Source: Desulfotalea psychrophila LSv54 (GTDB lineage Bacteria > Desulfobacterota > Desulfobulbia > Desulfobulbales > Desulfocapsaceae). Taken from it: DNA of 32,000 nucleotides. The notes under the pieces are model-generated. The model searched no databases. It was not told where the DNA came from and saw only the letters and a list, made by a program, of their open reading frames with translations. The DNA is taken from the NCBI RefSeq assembly GCF_000025945.1, contig NC_006138.1, positions 1,380,001-1,412,000 of the forward strand, read 5' to 3'. Position numbers and translations under genes: made by a program. Below are positions 1-8,629 of this stretch, piece by piece (the first letter of the stretch is position 1; each line of letters starts with the position of its first letter).

Positions 1-1
1 G

Positions 2-547
2 CAGGGACGTATTGATATGTCCATTGCCAATATGACCCATAAGCGTGAGCGTGATAAGTCCATCGATTTCTCCATCACCTACTTTTTTGACGGACAGAAG
101 ATGCTTACCCGAAAGGGTAAATATGCGGACTGGAATGCCCTTGTTGGTAAGACCATTGCCACCGTCCAGGGAACCACCTCCGAGATTAATGTAAAGACCC
201 TTATGAAAAAAATGGGTGGAGCCGAAATTGTCTCTTATCAGGATTATCCCTCTGCCTTCAATGCCCTGCAGATGGGGCGTGTCCAGGCATTTTCTACGGA
301 TTCCACCATCCTGCTTGGCTATGCTGCACAGGAGCCGGGAAAGTATGAGCTTGTCGGTGATTTCTTTTCTCGCGAGCCCTATGGTATCGGTCTTCCTCAG
401 GATGAGTCTCAACTGCGTGATGCGGTAAACTTTGCCCTTCAGGATATGTGGAAGGATGGTACCTATATGGCAATTTACAATAAGTGGTATGGAGAGAGAA
501 CTCCCTATTATTTTCCCATGACCGAGCAGATTGAGATGTGGCCATAA
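2..547 (+). CDS. Amino-acid ABC transporter periplasmic substrate-binding protein (SBP family 3), 3' portion; 5' end outside window
   Basis: The frame is open from the window edge to TAA at 545-547. The translation DKSIDFSITYFFDGQKMLTRKG...VQGTTSE...FSTDSTILLGYA...REPYGIGLPQDE...YNKWYG shows the typical pattern of polar amino-acid binding proteins. Confidence 0.8.
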   Translation, partial: QGRIDMSIANMTHKRERDKSIDFSITYFFDGQKMLTRKGKYADWNALVGKTIATVQGTTSEINVKTLMKKMGGAEIVSYQDYPSAFNALQMGRVQAFSTDSTILLGYAAQEPGKYELVGDFFSREPYGIGLPQDESQLRDAVNFALQDMWKDGTYMAIYNKWYGERTPYYFPMTEQIEMWP

Positions 548-718
548 TGGTTTGAGTTATCTGCAAGCGGAGGGGTTGTTGCCTGCACCCGTTTGAGATG
601 TGGAATGGAGTTGATCCCTGCGGCTAATGCTCTTGGGGCTGCTACGTTTTGTGGCGAGAAGCAACTTTAGCTCTGCGGAAAAATGTTGATAAGACGTTGT
701 TCTTTCAGATAAGTTAAT

Positions 719-748
719 AATAGCGAGACGATTATCGCTATTGTTTTT
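719..748 (+). terminator. Possible rho-independent terminator downstream of the binding-protein gene
   Basis: An 8-bp stem AATAGCGA/TCGCTATT (719-726 / 735-742) with an 8-nt loop is followed by G-TTTTT (743-748). It lies about 170 nt past the stop codon. Confidence 0.4.
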
Positions 749-1182
749 GGGATTAGTAGAGGCCTAGAGGTAGCATTTCATCTGCAGGTAGAAAGAGCTG
801 TCGGCGATGTCATCGGAGTATGATCCTGCTAGCCAGCAGAGAATGGGTAGGAGTCTCCGCTTTCCAGATTGGCGGGATTGCTGTCGGTATAGTCAATATC
901 GCCAGAGCCATAGCCCGGATGGAAGCTGAGGGCCAGATCATGTTTTACCTAGTGATTATAGCCACCTGTGATGCCGTGGACATTGGCATCGTATTCAACA
1001 GGGTCGGAGCTGTTAGGGGGTAGCTGTAATAGGGGCGGGCAAAGAGCCAGCTACGCTTTGCCGACAGGGCACTTGTCATCAGCGCCGATGGGTCAAGAAT
1101 GGGATCGGTTGAGGCAAGTTGGACACCTTCGTAGGCCACACTGCCTGTGGATTGTTTCTGGCCATCATGCCGAGCATGGGGC

Positions 1183-2466
1183 TTATAAGGTCGGTTCTGG
1201 CAATGGCAATGCTGTTGTCGGTGATGGTGTTTTTCTGACCTCTGTTGCTAGCTGTGAAACAGAGGCCTTGGGGTGGTAGGTGATGGCCAGTTTCTGTGGC
1301 GCTTCTCCATTGCCGTTTATAAGTTCTGCTGAATAATCGGGACTGGTCGTCTGGATATGGCTGAATTGATCTATGCTGGCACCTCCTGCCAGCATGGGAA
1401 TATCATAGCTGCCGTTGCTGAGGTTATTGTCGGTAAAGGCATAGAGTCTTGCATTTTCGAAGGTGACATCTCTACTGCCACCCGAAATAGTTCCCCTGTA
1501 CTCCCTATCTACCTGGGCCTGATCATTGAACTTCATGGCAAAACCGGTGATATTCACCCCATCTGGGGCAACAACCTGGTATGAACTTTCTTCTGCTCTT
1601 GTGGTGGTAAGATTAATCAGTCCGGAGGAGTGAAGGACTGGCAGAATCGATGAGTCTGACGGAGCCCCTATGTAGATGCCCGTTGCGGCACTTGTGCCGC
1701 CGTTTTCAGCCTCGACGTTGATGGTGCCGCTATTGGTTACATCTCCACGAGTCCAGATGCCTGTTGCCTGACTGCACGCATAGCCGGAAGTTGAGTTGCT
1801 GGTCGCTTTAACGGTAATATCGCCCCTGTTGTTGATATTGCCTTCTGAATCCACAATTCCCAAGGCCTTAGTCCCTCTTTTTGCCCTTGCGGTAAGAGTG
1901 ATATTGCCCTTATTGTATATATTGCCCCCTCCTGAAGTGCTCATCAGTCCGGTGCCCATTATGTCTCTGAAGTTTTTTGTTTCTATTGAGATTGTGCCGT
2001 TGTTTTCAATATCAGCCATGCTGAAAATAGCGGATGCCCAAATGAAGCCAGTGTCAACGCCATTGCTGTGTTGTGCCCTGATACTAATATTGCCCTCGTT
2101 ATTTATGTTGAGTCCGTATACAAGATTTTTTATCCCCCCTGCTCGAGAAGAATCTTCGCTTGTCACCCCTGGGTAATCGAGTCTTATGCTTCCCTGATTG
2201 GTAAAGGTCTGTCCCGTTTCGGAGTCTCCCGTGAGGACAATGGCTATTTGGGGCACTCTGCCACTGTCCGTGATGTTTTCAGTATTGGTGTCCCAGGAAG
2301 ATGCTGTGAGGTATGGTGTAGCCGCTGATGCTAGAGGGGCGGTGATCAAGAGGGCAATGGTGCCGGGGCAGAGGGTGGAGTGGAAAAATCTGGTGGGGAC
2401 TGGCTGCCCATTTTTTGAGGGCCAGGATCTAAGTTTATGTTCCTTTGGCGGAGTGACGCTTTTCAT
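1183..2466 (-). CDS. Secreted beta-helix repeat protein (autotransporter-passenger-like / adhesin-like), function unknown
   Basis: 427-aa ORF. The N-terminus has a signal-peptide-like stretch, TIALLITAPLASAATPY. The protein is rich in G/N/S/T and has about five degenerate 28-32 aa repeats, each carrying an N-x-G-x-I-[ST]-[VIL] motif (NNEGNISI, ENNGTISI, YNKGNITL, NNRGDITV, TNSGTINV). Confidence 0.6.
   Translation of the reverse strand: MKSVTPPKEHKLRSWPSKNGQPVPTRFFHSTLCPGTIALLITAPLASAATPYLTASSWDTNTENITDSGRVPQIAIVLTGDSETGQTFTNQGSIRLDYPGVTSEDSSRAGGIKNLVYGLNINNEGNISIRAQHSNGVDTGFIWASAIFSMADIENNGTISIETKNFRDIMGTGLMSTSGGGNIYNKGNITLTARAKRGTKALGIVDSEGNINNRGDITVKATSNSTSGYACSQATGIWTRGDVTNSGTINVEAENGGTSAATGIYIGAPSDSSILPVLHSSGLINLTTTRAEESSYQVVAPDGVNITGFAMKFNDQAQVDREYRGTISGGSRDVTFENARLYAFTDNNLSNGSYDIPMLAGGASIDQFSHIQTTSPDYSAELINGNGEAPQKLAITYHPKASVSQLATEVRKTPSPTTALPLPEPTL
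1596..2133 (-). repeat. Internal degenerate coding repeats (about 28-32 aa period) of the beta-helix protein
   Basis: The motifs GNISIRAQ / GTISIETK / GNITLTAR / GDITVKAT / GTINVEAE recur at roughly regular spacing in the translation of 1183..2466. Confidence 0.5.
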
Positions 2467-2756
2467 GGATGAGTTTCCTTTTGAGTTAGTTGATGGGGGG
2501 AAATCTTCTAACTCGTTGTTGATACTAAATTGAAGCGTAGTATGTCTAGTAAATGTTTAATATTGTATTGTTTTATTGCTAATTTGCCCGCCTTGCCCTC
2601 TTGGCTGAAAGCAGAGGGGGCAGAGTTTTTGTAGCTGTTGCAATGAGTTTTTTAGAAGTGCAGGGGCAAGAGGGGCTTTGGTGACTATTAGCCTGTAGGT
2701 GTATTTTCAGTTGATCAAATTTTGTCTTGGCTGAAGATTTGTAGAGGTGGCTCGTG

Positions 2757-3701
2757 CTAGCTCATCAGAAGGTGGGTGAAGAAGGTCAGGCTGAGGGCGG
2801 AGAGGAGGGTGGAGATAAAGAGTATGGCTGAGCTTTCCTCTATATAGCGGTTACTGTTTGCGGAGATAAGACAGACATTGCTGGCAAGTGGCATTGCCGC
2901 CAGAAGTACCGCGCAACTTTTCCAGATGGGATCAAGTTCCGGGAAGAGGGGGCAGAAGGCCAGGACAAGCAGGGGGCTGAATACCAGTTTACAGAGGCTG
3001 AGCCACCCCGCTTCGAGCATGGTTTTTTTTACTGGCTTGAGCCGAGCGAGGGAGAGCCCCACGGCAAAGAGGGCGGCAGCAGCGGTGGGTGATCCCAGTA
3101 GCTCAGCGGAGCGGCTGATGGCCGCAGGAATTCTGATGGTAAGAAGAGAGCAACCAATGCCAATGATACAGGCAATGATAAAGGGGGTGCAGAATGCCCG
3201 GATAAGGGGCTTGATCTTACTGCCACCGTCCCTGCCATCGTGCCTGTTGCTGGCGCAGATACTTAGGGCACAGATGCCCAGGGCTGTGAGTGTTAGGTTG
3301 ACGGTAATGGTGCCGATAACGGCCGCTACTCCACCTCTGGCCCCGAAGAGGCCGACAAGCACGGGGATGCCCATATATGTTGTATTGCCAACCGTTGATG
3401 CCATAAGGAAGAGAATATACTCTTCCAGACCCTCTTTTTTGAAAAAGAAGAGACCTGCCATGCTCACTATGATGGTGGCAAGGGAGCCAAGGAGGAAGAC
3501 CAGGATGAAATCTCCGTTGAGGATATCCGACGCCTCTGCTTGGGAGGTGGTGACAAAGAGCAGGCAGGGCAGGGCTATATAGTAGACGAAGCGGTTAATG
3601 ACCCTTGCCGCCTCCTGCCCTAAAAAATTGCCCTTACCTGCTAAAAACCCGGTCAGCAAGACGACGAATACGGGGATGATGGCATTGAAAATATCGATCA
3701 T
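2757..3701 (-). CDS. AEC (auxin efflux carrier / MdcF-like) family membrane transporter
   Basis: 314-aa polytopic membrane ORF. The N-terminus MIDIFNAIIPVFVVLLTGFLAGK...RFVYYIALPCLLF is typical of AEC family permeases. The large plus-strand ORF 2878..3582 is its antisense shadow. Confidence 0.75.
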   Translation of the reverse strand: MIDIFNAIIPVFVVLLTGFLAGKGNFLGQEAARVINRFVYYIALPCLLFVTTSQAEASDILNGDFILVFLLGSLATIIVSMAGLFFFKKEGLEEYILFLMASTVGNTTYMGIPVLVGLFGARGGVAAVIGTITVNLTLTALGICALSICASNRHDGRDGGSKIKPLIRAFCTPFIIACIIGIGCSLLTIRIPAAISRSAELLGSPTAAAALFAVGLSLARLKPVKKTMLEAGWLSLCKLVFSPLLVLAFCPLFPELDPIWKSCAVLLAAMPLASNVCLISANSNRYIEESSAILFISTLLSALSLTFFTHLLMS

Positions 3702-3746
3702 GGTCTATTCTGGCTCTTTGGCTGATAATCTCTCTCGGTGGTGTGC

Positions 3747-4652
3747 CTATACAGTCTCTGGCTCTTGGTGCTGTTGGAGCAGGAAGTTGTAAAATGCCTG
3801 GTACTGGCGTGGCAGAGATCGCTTTGCTAACTTGGCTATATAAAAGGTTCTGTTCATTGAAATATCTTTGAGCTGAATCTCTCTGAGCCATCCCATTTTC
3901 AATTCTGTTTCAACGGCGTAGCGGGAGACGATGGCAATACCGAGATTGGTCTTTACCGCCTCTTTGACGGCCGTGCTTGAGCCAAAGCTGGCAACAATAT
4001 CGAGTTGGTTGGGAGAAAAGCCCGCATTGGTGAATATCTTTTCCATATTGCGCCGGGTACCGGAGCCTGTTTCTCGGGTAATAAAAGGGTATTTGCCCAA
4101 GGACTCTAACTTGATTCTTGCGGGAATGGGGTTTTCCGGGTTGGCTATGACAATGAGTTGGTCTTCACAGAGAGGGGTGAACTCAATTTTTCGGGAAAAT
4201 GTTTTGCTACCGACAATGGCCAGGAGCAGGCGTTTGTCGTGGATGGCGCTTGCCGTCCGGGTAGAATCTTTTATCTGTGTTTCAAAGATGATCTTGGGGT
4301 ACTTTTTCTTAAAGGCGGCTGCATATTTGGGGAGGAGATAGGTGCCGGGGATGGTGCTGGCACCTATGGTCAACTCGCCTGCCACTGTGCTGCCCGCAGA
4401 GGAGACCTCGTCCTTTAACTGTTTCAGATCTTCGAGTATGGCAGCGGCCTTGGGGTAGAGGGTCTCTGCCTGGATGGTGGGCATAATAGAGCGTCCAAGT
4501 CGATCGAAGAGTTTGCAGTCTAGCTGGTCTTCCAGGTTGCGGATATGTTCGCTCACCGTCGGTTGGCTGGTGTAGAGTAGCTCAGCGGCCTTGGTGAAGC
4601 TCAGGGTTTTGTATACAGCAACAAATATTTTAAGGTGACGAGTTTCTATGAC
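3747..4652 (-). CDS. LysR-family transcriptional regulator (start codon uncertain, probably non-canonical ATA at 4650-4652)
   Basis: The track ORF 3747..4556 starts at an internal GTG. The same frame stays open upstream and encodes the LysR wHTH, IETRHLKIFVAVYKTLSFTKAAELLYTSQPTVSEHIRNLEDQL. The C-terminal part is a periplasmic-binding-like effector domain. A GGAG sits 6 nt upstream of the ATA codon. Confidence 0.8.
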   Translation of the reverse strand, partial: VIETRHLKIFVAVYKTLSFTKAAELLYTSQPTVSEHIRNLEDQLDCKLFDRLGRSIMPTIQAETLYPKAAAILEDLKQLKDEVSSAGSTVAGELTIGASTIPGTYLLPKYAAAFKKKYPKIIFETQIKDSTRTASAIHDKRLLLAIVGSKTFSRKIEFTPLCEDQLIVIANPENPIPARIKLESLGKYPFITRETGSGTRRNMEKIFTNAGFSPNQLDIVASFGSSTAVKEAVKTNLGIAIVSRYAVETELKMGWLREIQLKDISMNRTFYIAKLAKRSLPRQYQAFYNFLLQQHQEPETV

Positions 4653-4670
4653 GTTCTCCTTCTCTCTTTA

Positions 4671-5591
4671 TCAAGAGGTGCTAAATAGATTGGTGCTGAG
4701 GTATCTTTCCCCGGTATCCGGTAGAATGGTGACAATGGTTTTTCCTATATTTTCCGGTCGTTTGGCAACTTCCAGGCTTGCCCAGAAGGCAGCGCCTGAG
4801 CTTATCCCACAGAGAATGCCCTCTTGGGTGGCAAGCTCTTGAGCTGCCACGAGTGCATCTTCGTCGTTTACCTTGATGGTTTCGTCGATGAGACTGATAT
4901 CAAGATTACCGGGGATGAATCCTGCCCCGATACCCTGGATGCCGTGGGGCCCCGGGGCTTCGCCGGAAATAACGGCAGAGGTGGCGGGCTCTACCGCAAT
5001 CACCTGCACTCTAGGGTTTTTTGCCTTAAGTACACTGCCCACTCCGGTAAGGGTGCCGCCTGTGCCCACTCCGGCGACAAAGATATCTACCCTGCCATCG
5101 GTATCTCGCAGGATCTCTTTGCCGGTTGTTTGTCTATGGATCTCTGGGTTGGCTGGATTATTAAACTGATCTGGCATAAAGCCATCAGCCAGGCCTGTTA
5201 GCAGTTCCTCTGCTTTGGTGATGGCTCCTGTCATTCCCTCGGCTGCCGGGGTAAGAACAATCTCGGCGCCCAGATGCGCCAGGAGTTTACGTCTCTCTAT
5301 GCTCATGCTCTCGGGCATGGTGAGAATGAGGCGTAATCCCTTGGCTGCGCAGACAAAGGCGAGCCCAATACCAGTGTTGCCACTGGTTGGTTCGACGATG
5401 GTTGTTCCCTTAGAGATCTTTCCCTCTCGCAGACCTGTTTCGATCATGGAGACGGCAACCCGGCATTTTACACTGCCTGCTGGGTTTCGTGATTCCTGTT
5501 TAACGAGAATGGTGGCAGCGCAGTCCCTGTCAAGTCGACCTAGCTTGAGTAAAGGGGTGTTGCCAATGGATTGTCCAATTGTTGTGGTCAT
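4671..5591 (-). CDS. cysK: Cysteine synthase A (O-acetylserine sulfhydrylase)
   Basis: 306 aa. IGNTPLLKL...ESRNPAGSVKCRVA contains the PLP-lysine motif, as in E. coli CysK (SVKCR). TSGNTGIGLA and GVGTGGTLTG are also present. An SD GGAAGGG lies before the ATG. Confidence 0.9.
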   Translation of the reverse strand: MTTTIGQSIGNTPLLKLGRLDRDCAATILVKQESRNPAGSVKCRVAVSMIETGLREGKISKGTTIVEPTSGNTGIGLAFVCAAKGLRLILTMPESMSIERRKLLAHLGAEIVLTPAAEGMTGAITKAEELLTGLADGFMPDQFNNPANPEIHRQTTGKEILRDTDGRVDIFVAGVGTGGTLTGVGSVLKAKNPRVQVIAVEPATSAVISGEAPGPHGIQGIGAGFIPGNLDISLIDETIKVNDEDALVAAQELATQEGILCGISSGAAFWASLEVAKRPENIGKTIVTILPDTGERYLSTNLFSTS

Positions 5592-5599
5592 GGCCCTTC

Positions 5600-6577
5600 C
5601 TATAGATGTGTTTTTTGCCCATTTGCATGGTGCACGATAAGCTCAGGTTTTTTTAAAAATACCTTAGAGCCCTGTTCAACACTTTCGATGATCCAGCTAT
5701 TACCGCCAATGACCGAGCCCTCACCTATGGTGGTGGTGCCGCCAAGAATGGTGGTATTGGCATAGATGATAACATCGTTTTCAATGGTTGGATGGCGTTT
5801 TGTTGAGCGTAGTTTCTCGCCCGCATCGCGGGGGAGAGAGAGTGCTCCTAGGGTAACACCCTGATAGATACGTACGTTCTCACCAATAATGGTTGTCTCG
5901 CCAATAACGATGCCTGTGCCGTGGTCAATGAAAAATCCCGGGGCAATTTGGGCACCGGGATGAATATCGATGCCTGTTTGGCTATGGGCGTATTCAGTCA
6001 TTATTCTTGGGACAAAGGGTACCTCAAGGAGGAAGAGTTCATGGGCAAGTCGGTAGACCAAGGTGGCCAGTAGACCCGGGTAACAAAAGATGACCTCATC
6101 TGGACTCTTGGTTGCGGGGTCACCAGCAAGTGTTGCCCGAATGTCCTGAGCCAGTGTTGCGGTTATTTCCGGTAATTTTTCCATGAACTGAAGGGCGAGT
6201 TTGGCGCTCTCCTGTTCGCAGTTGGTGCATAGTCTGCGGTTTCTCCGGCAGTCATGGCGGATGGCCATGGTGATCTGCTCGCAGACCAGCTCATAAAGAT
6301 CCATGGTCTCCTTGCCAATATAGTACTCAATATTGGAGGCATGGAGCTTGGTTGTGGTGAAGTAGCCGGGGAATATGATGCGACGTGCCTGGAGGGCAAT
6401 ATCGATAATTTTTTCCTGAGAGGGGATGCAAACAGGACTGATATGGTCAAAGCATTCCTTGGTGCTCCAGCCTGAGAGCATTTTTTTTACGATATCTGGA
6501 AGTTGGTTATGCTTACTGTTTTCTGTGATCTTAACGTGATCGCAAAGTTCTGGGATGGTAGGAATCGTTTTTTCCAT
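5600..6577 (-). CDS. cysE: Serine O-acetyltransferase
   Basis: 325 aa. The C-terminal left-handed beta-helix hexapeptide repeats read GIDIHPGAQIAPGFFIDHGTGIVIGETTIIGENVRIYQGVTLG...TIENDVIIYANTTILGGTTTIGEGSVIGGNSWI. The N-terminal part is a helical SATase-like domain. Confidence 0.85.
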   Translation of the reverse strand: MEKTIPTIPELCDHVKITENSKHNQLPDIVKKMLSGWSTKECFDHISPVCIPSQEKIIDIALQARRIIFPGYFTTTKLHASNIEYYIGKETMDLYELVCEQITMAIRHDCRRNRRLCTNCEQESAKLALQFMEKLPEITATLAQDIRATLAGDPATKSPDEVIFCYPGLLATLVYRLAHELFLLEVPFVPRIMTEYAHSQTGIDIHPGAQIAPGFFIDHGTGIVIGETTIIGENVRIYQGVTLGALSLPRDAGEKLRSTKRHPTIENDVIIYANTTILGGTTTIGEGSVIGGNSWIIESVEQGSKVFLKKPELIVHHANGQKTHL

Positions 6578-6600
6578 GGTAACAGCCTTGTGTTTTACTT

Positions 6601-7224
6601 TTATTGTTTTGCTATAACGAAGATGCCGTAGGTCGCCCGAAGATTAATGAAGCGTTGTATTATATGGCCTTTAGTGCTTTTCGGGTTGGTGTTGATGGCA
6701 ATTTCTTTGACTATGCTGTAGCCCACCTCTCTGGCAAAGATGCGAAAATCTTTGAGGGTGATAACCCTGATATTTGGTGTGTCATACCAAGAGTAGGGAA
6801 GGTGGTCGTTTTTGGGGGCCATGCCGCGTAGGAGTAGTCCCTGTCTGATGGAGTAGTGGCTGAAATTTGGAAAACTGACAATAACATAGCGGCCAATGCG
6901 GGCAAGGGACTGCAGCAGTTTGTTTGGTGCAAAGACCTGTTGCAGGGTCTGGCTGAGGATAACATAGTCAAAGTAGTTGTCGGGGTAATCTTCAACCTCT
7001 TCGTTGAGATCCCCCTGCAGGACGGTAAGGCCACGAGAGATACAGTTTGTGACTTTCTTTTGATCCTGCTCAATGCCTGTGCCTTGAACGTCTTTGTTCT
7101 CCTTGAGCCAGGCAAGGAGGTCACCGTTGCCGCAACCGAGGTCAAGCACCCGGCTACCCGGTTCTACCACCTCGGCTATTACCTGCAGGTCAAAGCGAAA
7201 ATTTTCTACTTTTTCTATATTCAT
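6601..7224 (-). CDS. metW: Methionine biosynthesis protein MetW (methyltransferase-fold partner of MetX)
   Basis: 207 aa. It has VLDLGCGNGDLLAWL...GIEQD...LQGDLNE...FDYVILSQTLQ and sits immediately downstream of metX. Confidence 0.85.
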   Translation of the reverse strand: MNIEKVENFRFDLQVIAEVVEPGSRVLDLGCGNGDLLAWLKENKDVQGTGIEQDQKKVTNCISRGLTVLQGDLNEEVEDYPDNYFDYVILSQTLQQVFAPNKLLQSLARIGRYVIVSFPNFSHYSIRQGLLLRGMAPKNDHLPYSWYDTPNIRVITLKDFRIFAREVGYSIVKEIAINTNPKSTKGHIIQRFINLRATYGIFVIAKQ

Positions 7225-7248
7225 CTTTTCTTGGTGGTAATGGTGAAA

Positions 7249-8421
7249 TTATATCTCGGCAATGCCCGTATAGATGCCGGCCAGAAAGCCCCTCATCAGT
7301 TGCTCCAGGCGATCATCGGGAATAAGAAATGCGTCGTGACCACAGTCGGATTCTATTTCAGAAAAACTGACGTTTCGTCCGGAGCGTTTTAAGGCCTTTA
7401 CCAAATCTCTGGCCTGATAGGTTGGATAGAGCCAGTCAGAGCTATATGAGATGACAAGGTATTTCTGCTGTGGCGCAGTGAGTTCTGTTTCTGGTCCGGA
7501 TGTGCTGATCCGTTCAACAATGTCAAAATAATCCGACGCCTTGGTGATATAGAGCAGGGAGTTGGCGTCAAAGCGGTGCACGAATTTATTGCCCTGATAG
7601 CGGAGGTAGGATTCCACCTGAAAGTCTGCGTCAAAACCATAGGAGAGATTCTCCTTTTCCTGAAGGTTGCGGCCAAACTTACGGCGCATTGCCTCGTCGG
7701 AGAGGTAGGTGACATGGCCGACCATGCGGGCCACGGCAAGGCCTGTGTCCGGATGGGCCTGGCCGTAATATTTCCCCCTGTTCCAGTGAGGGTCAGTCAT
7801 AATAGCCTGTCTGGCAATTTCGTTAAAGGCGATGGCCAGGGCCGAGTGGCGCATGGTGGTGGCAATAGGGATAACAGAGTGCATCATCTCGGGGTAGCGA
7901 ATCGCCCATTCCAGGGTCTGCATGCCGCCCACGGAACCGCCGATTACGGCAAGTAACTTGGGGATACCCAGATGGTCAATAAGGAGCTTTTGGGTGGCAA
8001 CCATGTCACCGATGGTAACCATAGGGAAATCAAGTGCATAGGCCTCCCCGGTTTCCGAATTCTTACTGGCGGGGCCGGTGGTGCCATTACAGCTACCGAG
8101 GATATTGGAGCAGATAATAAAGTATTTGTCGGTGTCAATACCCTTGCCCGGGCCGACAAGAAAGTCCCACCAACCTGGTTTTTCCTTGGGGCCATCCGTG
8201 GCATAGTGCCCCGCAACATGGGAGTCTCCTGAAAAGGCGTGGTTGATCAGGATGGCATTATCCTTTCTGGCTGATAAATTGCCATAGGTTTCGTAGGCAA
8301 TGGTTATGGGGCCTAATTTGGCACCATTTTCCAGGATAAGGGGGCTTGGTACTTGGGCGCAGGTGAAAAATTGTTTTTCAACGATGCCCACGGATTTATG
8401 ATCTTTTATCTCTTTTTCCAT
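7249..8421 (-). CDS. metX: Homoserine O-acetyltransferase
   Basis: Alpha/beta hydrolase with the nucleophile elbow GGSVGGMQ. It also has ILINHAFSGDSHVAG and a C-terminal GHDAFL. I prefer the internal ATG at 8419-8421 (MEKEIKDHKSVGIVE...). The longer ORF reaching 8508 adds 29 non-conserved-looking residues. Confidence 0.85.
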   Translation of the reverse strand: MEKEIKDHKSVGIVEKQFFTCAQVPSPLILENGAKLGPITIAYETYGNLSARKDNAILINHAFSGDSHVAGHYATDGPKEKPGWWDFLVGPGKGIDTDKYFIICSNILGSCNGTTGPASKNSETGEAYALDFPMVTIGDMVATQKLLIDHLGIPKLLAVIGGSVGGMQTLEWAIRYPEMMHSVIPIATTMRHSALAIAFNEIARQAIMTDPHWNRGKYYGQAHPDTGLAVARMVGHVTYLSDEAMRRKFGRNLQEKENLSYGFDADFQVESYLRYQGNKFVHRFDANSLLYITKASDYFDIVERISTSGPETELTAPQQKYLVISYSSDWLYPTYQARDLVKALKRSGRNVSFSEIESDCGHDAFLIPDDRLEQLMRGFLAGIYTGIAEI

Positions 8422-8629
8422 TGTCTTTTTATGTCGGTACGGAACCAATATTTTTTGTCGCGCAACAGGAGGAAAGAGACAAGCTGAAAAGGTTTCAATC
8501 CGTTGCATCTATGGCGTATATTACGGCAAAACATACTACCAAAATGTGGATAATATTGCTGTGCTAGAATGGGTATCCTTAAATTTTTTTATACAAGACC
8601 CGCTCTTGTTAGTGAGAAGAGGTGTCTTT

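Noticed and set aside
531-608. An 11-mer TTGAGATGTGG followed by AATGG occurs at the 3' end of the binding-protein gene (531-550, with CCAT inserted). It occurs again about 60 nt downstream (593-608).
   Set aside because: It is probably a small duplication scar of the gene end. It is too short to assign any function, and no hairpin or ORF is associated with it.
2878-3582. A 234-aa plus-strand ORF lies inside the AEC transporter gene.
   Set aside because: It is an antisense shadow ORF. The translation is rich in R/S/A/P and low in complexity, with no motifs, whereas the opposite strand encodes a clean polytopic transporter. The same reasoning applies to 4824..5201, 4873..5169 and 5215..5640 (antisense to cysK). 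It also applies to 6856..7392, 7576..7956, 10551..10982, 12674..13051 and 17802..18296.
8422-8629. A possible SAM riboswitch or leader upstream of metX.
   Set aside because: I read the minus-strand leader and did not find the conserved SAM-I or SAM-II core sequences. Only a weak hairpin after the TPR gene is present. A covariance-model scan (Rfam) would be needed to exclude other classes.
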